Below, one piece after another: positions 58,702-64,000 of a stretch of 64,000 bases of DNA. The stretch is from assembly GCA_004431415.1 (NCBI GenBank), contig QPMI01000206.1, positions 62,001 through 126,000 of the forward strand, read 5' to 3'. The notes beneath the pieces are model-generated. The model had not been told where the DNA came from and did no database searches. It saw only the letters and a list, made by a program, of their open reading frames with translations. The DNA is from Cyanophora paradoxa CCMP329 (Eukaryota > Plantae > Glaucophyta). A program made the translations under genes and the position numbers. Each line of letters opens with the position of its first letter. The stretch's first letter is position 1.

Positions 58702-61700
58702 TCAGGAGTGGTCCTTGGGGTCGAGGGAGGGGCTGGAGAGGATGGCGTGGCGGTGGTGCATGCTCATGCGAGCCAGCGCCGGCACCCGCCCGATCCCCGC
58801 CGTCTGCTCGATCGCCGGCGGCGTCAGCATAGCTTGACCCGGGGCGAAGGCGGCGGGGGCGGGGGCGGGGGCGGGGGGCGCCTTGGAGCGGCCGACGACG
58901 AGGAAGGTGGTCATGACGCCCTTGCCCTTGACCTGCCGGCGCCCTCCGAAGCTAAGAGGAGGGCGGGGGTGGCGGGGGTGGCGGGGCGAGGCGGTGCGGG
59001 CCTTGACGCCCTCGCGCTCCTCGAAGGTGAACTTCCAGCGGACGCGCTCGTACGTGCTCGGCGAGACGTTCACCCGCCCCGCCACCCCCGAGCTCTCCAT
59101 CCTGCCGCAGACAGTGAGGCGCCGAGCGGGCCGCGCGCGGGGATCAGATGTTGGGGGGGCCGGGTACCGGGAGGCCAGGTTGACGGCGTCGCCCCAGATG
59201 TCGTACGCCAGCCGCTTCGTCCCGATCACCCCTGCGCGCCCGCCCCGGAGTCAGCGGGGGGAACAAGGCGGGGGCGGGTGCGGGGGCGGGCCGGCGATGA
59301 TGGAGCCGGTGTGGACGCCGATGCGCATGTTGAGGTGCGTCTTGTTCTCCCGGTTCATCGCCCGCACCTGGCCGGGCCCCGCCGCTCGCTCGCGAGAGAG
59401 GAGGGCACGGGGGGGCGGTGGGAGGAGAGGGATCTAGGCGGGGGAGAGAGGCGGGCGGGCGGACCGTCTCGATCATGTCGAGGGCAAAGTCGATCTGCGG
59501 GGAGCGGGAGCCGGCGCCCGGGCGGTCAGCCTCGCTGTCGGGCGCGGGGGGTGCGAGGGGAAGAAGGGACCATGATCTCGGCCGGCTTCGTCTGCTCGGG
59601 GCGGGGCGGGGCGGGGCGGGGCGGGGCGCCTCAGCGAGGAGCCTCGGGCTGAGGCTTTGAAAGGCGGCGCGGGGCGAGCGGACCGTGAAGACCATGTAGG
59701 CGTCCCCGCTGGCGTCCCCGGGCGGTCAGCGGAGGGCGAGTGCGCGCTCGCAAAACAGGCGCGGCGCACATGGTCTTGACCTGCGCGGGCGCAGCAGCGC
59801 GTCAGACGCGGAGAGGTTAGAGCGGGGGCGGGCAGCGGGGAGCGGGGGCGGGGGCGGGCCTTGTCGACGCCGTAGCTGTCCACGAGCTCGTCGAAGCGGT
59901 TGAAGAGCTGCCGCCGGGCGATCGGCATCTCCGGCGGCGGGGGCGGGGGCGGGGGCGGGGCGGAGGCGGAGGCGGGCGGGGGCGGGCGGGCGGGACCTCG
60001 CTGAGGAGGCCGACGGTGTCCTCCGGGCTCAGCTCCGACGCTGCGGGGCGTGAGGGGGGGCGGGAGGAAGGGGGGGGTGAGGGGGGGGGGGGACCCATGG
60101 AGGTGAAGCCGACGAGGTCGGAGAAGAGGATCGTCGCGTCGTCGATCGCGTCCGCGATGATCTGAGACGGGGCGCGGCGTGAGGCCGCCGGGGCCGGCGA
60201 GGGGCCGAGGGCGGGGGCGGGGGAGGCAGACCTCGTCGGTGCCCTGCTGGAGCCGCTCGATGATCGCTGCGCCACGCGTGAGAAATCTCGGCGGGTGGGG
60301 CCGGGCGGGGGCGGGGGCACCGTCGGGGAGGATGTTGCGGAGCAGGCGCTCGCCCCTCGCCTTCTCGAACTGCGCCAAGCCGAGCTCCGTCAGCCCCGAG
60401 CCGGCCCCGAGGCTCTGGCGGGGCCGGGGCCGGGGCCGGGGGCGCCTGGAGGGCCTCCTGGGCGGCGTGGCGCTCGGTGATGTCGCGGATGAAGAGGACG
60501 AAGAAGGGGCGCCGCCCCGAGCGCCCGCACCCCACCGACACGTGCGCCGGGAACGCCGTCCCGTTCTGCCCGCGCGCGCCGCCCTCCAGTCAGCCGGGCC
60601 GCCCTCGACCGCCCCGACTGCTCCGAGCGGGCGGACCTTGCGGCGGGCCTTGACTTCGATCTGGCGGCCGGCAAAGGCGGCGAGGCCCTCCCCCTCCGCG
60701 AGCCCCGCCGCCTCCTCCGGCAGCGCCTGCCCCGCCCGCCCTCAGTCGGCCGCCTGAAAGGGAGGAGGGGAGGGGGGGACGGACGTCGGGGACGACGGCA
60801 GAGACGGGCATGGCGAGGGCCTCGTCCGCGCTCCTGCGGGGGGGAGGGGAGGGCGTGAGGCGCGAGCCGGAGGGAGACGGGCTGTGAGGGCACCAGCCGA
60901 GGAGGCCCTCCGCCGCCGCGTTGAAGACCTGGATCGACCCCGCGCTGTCGCTGCGCCCCCGCCCCCGCCGTCAGGGGGGCCGCCCGCCCCGCGCGGCGCG
61001 GCCCCACGGGGGGCTGCGGCGGGGCACCAGACGATAATGGCGTCGGAGGCGGCCTCGAGGATGGACTTGGTCTTCGCCCGGTTGTCCTCCAGCATGCTCT
61101 GCACCGTCCGCGACTCCCCCGTCGCTGCGCAGCGCCCCCGCGCCCTCAGCGGGCGGGGAGGGGAGAGGGGAGACTCGGGGCGGGGCGGGGACCCATGTAA
61201 TCGCGGAGGGCGGGGATCTTGTTGATGACCGTGTGCGGGATCATGAGCAGCATCGAGAGCTGCCGGGAGGGGCACGCGCGCCGCGCCGCGTCAGGCGTGG
61301 AGAGCCCCCCGACTTTCGCGCTGCCGGCGGCGGCCGGGGCGCGCACGGTCTTCTCGTGCTCCCTCGCGATGCCGCGGACGGAGGGGCGCAGGACGAACAC
61401 CCTGCGGCGCGCGCGCAGAGTGAGAAACGAGGCAGCGGCGGCGGGCGGGGGCGGGGGCGAGGCGGGGCGGGGCGCGCCAGAGGGCGATTGTGATGACGAT
61501 GCCGACGGAGAAGATGATGTCCATGGCGCGCACCACCGTCTCGATCTGATGCGCCGGCCCCGCCCTCAGATCGATCCGCGTCGGCCTGGAGAGGGCCCGG
61601 CACGGACGGCGTCGGTGGACTGGGCGATGATGGCGCGGAGGGCGGCGTGCACGTCCTCCGAGAGCCCCGAGTCGTGCATCCCCACCGCCTGCCCGGCCAG

Positions 61701-64000
61701 CGAAGTCAGAATTAGGCGGTTCAGCTGGAAGCTCCGGGCCGCTTCCAAGGGCGGGCCTGGAGGAAGCGGAGGGGGCCGTAGGCCCAGGAGAAGGACTGGG
61801 CGGGGTCCGCCGTCAGCACCCGCCGCGCCGCGTTCGCCACCTGCCCCCGCCCCGCCCCGTGAGCGAGCGAGCCCGACGGCGGGGCGGGCCGGGGCGCCTT
61901 CGCGGGGCGGGAGGGAGGGGCCGGACCTCGACCATCTGCTGGCGGAGGGGGAGGCACGAGAGCGGGGACGCGGCGACGACGCCGGCGTCAGCGGCGCCCT
62001 CCACCGCGTCCGCCGTCGCCGCGCTGCACGGGCCCCGCTGAGGAGGAGCAGGAGGAGGAAGGGGGCGGAGGCCGATGGGGTCCGACCTGTCGCCGATAAG
62101 GACTGAGGTCGTCGACGAGCACGTGAGCCCCGTCGAGCGCTGTCCGGGCGAAGGAGCGTGAGCTCCGGGCGGGGCGGGGCGGGGCGGGGCGGGGCGGGGC
62201 GGGGCGGGGCGGGGCGGGGCGGGGCGGGGCGGACGATGTCGATGTTCTTGAGGTACTCCGAGGCGCGGTCGATGACGACCTCGAAGCGGGCGACAGCGGC
62301 GGCCGCCAGGTCGCGGTACTCCTCCGTGGGGAGGAGCGCCGCCCAGGGGGCCACGTGGGCGGCGCAGTACTCCTGGGACCAGTGGACGACCTTCGGGTGC
62401 ATGCTCTTCAGCTCCAGCAGGGCCGAGAGCGGATCCAGCGCCCGCCGGTTCGCCTGCGCGTCCCGGGCCCCTCCGGAGGCGAAGAGGGGCGGGGCGGGGC
62501 GGGGGCCGGGGCGCACCTCGAAGAGCTCGCGGCCGGCGACGATGATGCCGACGGGGAAGAGCAGCGCGACGACGAGCGCCACGCCGCTCTTCACGATCAG
62601 CTTCCGCAGCGCGAACGCCCGCCGCGTCCTGCGCGGTCGAGCGAGCGAGGGTCGGGATCGAACGAAGCTCGGGATCGGCCGAACGGAAGAGCGCACTGGA
62701 CGCTGCGGATGAAGTCGGCCTCCTGCGCCTCGAGCGTGACCGTGTCCTGCCCGTAGTTCGTGTTCGTGAAGATCCGCGCCTGCGCCGCCGCGCGCCCGTG
62801 CGCGCGCGCGCCGAGTCGGCCGCCGCCGGCGTCGCAGCGGGGCGGGCAGCGCACAGTGATGACGGCCGTGGCGGTCACGTCGGAGCCGCCGGCGGCCGAC
62901 GACTTGCGCGACTGCGGGCGAATGGGTCGGACGGCGGGTTTGAGGGGCGCGGCGCGGGGCGGGGCGGGGCGGAGGGCACGTGGACGAGCTCGGCGATGCT
63001 GGCGTTGGCGGCGCTCCCGTTCTCCGCCCCGCCCTCCGCCGCCGCCTCCGCCGCCGCCTCCCGCAGGTTCGCCTTGATAAGCGAGTCCTGCCCCCGCGCC
63101 CCGCGCGGCTCGGCCGGCGCCTGGGCGAGCCGAGGCGAGCGGGGGGGCGCGCGCACCGAGGGCTGCATGGGCTCCTCGGAGCCGTTGATGTTGATCCCGT
63201 TGCGGATCTCCTTGATCGTCGACCGCGGGCTGCGCAGCCAGTCATGCAATCTGAAGGCGGGGCGGGGCGGGGCGGGGCGGACATCTCGAGGAAGAGGCCG
63301 GTGGCGGCGCGGCGCTCGCGGACGATGGCGACGACGGAGAGCGCGAAGCCGCCCACCGCCGCCGCCACGAACGCCCCGAAGAGCCTGCCCCGGCGCCGGG
63401 TCAGCCGGACGGGCCCGGGATCTTCGAGGCCGGGCGGGGGCGGACGCGGCGAAGACGGCGGCGAGGACGCCGGGGACGACGGTGAGGAAGCGGCGCGTGT
63501 CGCCGAGGAGCGCCTCGTGCAGGCCCTCCCCCGCCCCCTGCACCGCCTGCGCCCCATTCGACTCTCGCTCAATTCCCGCTGGATTTCGGGGCGCACGAGG
63601 AGGTTGTCGAAGACGAAGCGGAAGGCGGTGTCGTTCATCGCCTCGCGCGCCGTCAGCGGCCGCGAGGGCGGCGCCTCCCGCGGCTGCAGCTCCGGCGCGA
63701 ACGAGGCCGCCGCCTTGCTCGCCGACTGCGCCCGCGCCCCGCGCGTGAGCGGAACGGGCGCCGCGGGCCCTCGTCGGGGCGGGGCGGGCCTGGACGGCGC
63801 GGCGGAGGTAGAGGTGGATGGCGTCCAGGGAGGAGACGGTGCTCCTCGTCAGCGGCGGCCGCGCCCGCGCGTCGTACGCCGCCACCTGCCCGGGCCCCCG
63901 AGGGCCCCCGGTCGGGCACGGGGCGGAAGGAGATCCGGCGGGGCGGGGCGGGCACGGTGGTGCGGGAGGAGAACCAGGCGAGGGTGCCCTCCGAATTGGA
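58702..64000 (-). CDS. Membrane-bound PAS-domain class III nucleotidyl cyclase with adenylyl-type specificity residues; 5' end outside the window
   Basis: ATILFSDLVGFTSM, LFNRFDELV..VDK|VKTI|GDAYM, MRIGVHTG, YDIWGDAVNLASR|MESSG, VKGKG. PAS SILEAASDAIIV..FNAAAE..NGTAFP..FVLFIRDITER. Several TM exons and LSMLLMIP lie upstream. The Lys in VKTI and Asp in YDIWG indicate ATP specificity. Confidence 0.93.
62167..62232. repeat. (GGGGC)n microsatellite, about 13 copies, in a cyclase intron
   Basis: Perfect ggggc array at 62171-62230; it is the longest example of the (GCCCC)n motif that opens many introns in the window. Confidence 0.95.

Noticed and set aside
59100-59790. Guanylyl cyclase assignment
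   Set aside because: The specificity positions are Lys (VKTIGD) and Asp (YDIWG), not the Glu/Cys pair of guanylyl cyclases.

Overview
A very GC-rich eukaryotic (protist or algal) nuclear window with about 14 protein-coding genes, each broken by many short introns of roughly 55-130 nt, so the ORF track shows only exon fragments. I spliced the genes by eye: motif-level calls are firm, but several gene ends are approximate. In order: the 3' end of a helical/ARM-like gene, a myristoylation-type protein with a permuted-papain (PPPDE/LRAT-like) NCxHY motif, a TauE/SafE transporter, a hypothetical Cys-rich protein, two head-to-head S8 subtilases with signal peptides and GPI-like tails, an arrestin-fold protein, two tail-to-tail longin VAMP7-like SNAREs, a protein with two PPC-like domains, a 13.7 kb pseudokinase-ATPase-GAF-PAS hybrid histidine kinase, pyruvate formate-lyase, a CCCH zinc-finger protein, and a 5'-truncated membrane PAS adenylyl cyclase. 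The main oddities: (1) an unusual splicing code, with G(T/C)(G/C)CGC donors, many GC-AG introns, (GCCCC)n runs, a sense-only ATTTGATCCG motif and 11-25 nt microexons carrying catalytic residues; (2) both VAMPs have Asn instead of Arg at the SNARE zero layer; (3) the PFL has a bipartite-NLS-like N-terminus instead of an organelle transit peptide; (4) only 106 bp separate the two subtilase start codons; (5) intergenic DNA is saturated with short palindromes. The style suggests a glaucophyte such as Cyanophora, but this is unverified inference. I found no tRNA, rRNA, CRISPR array or transposase.
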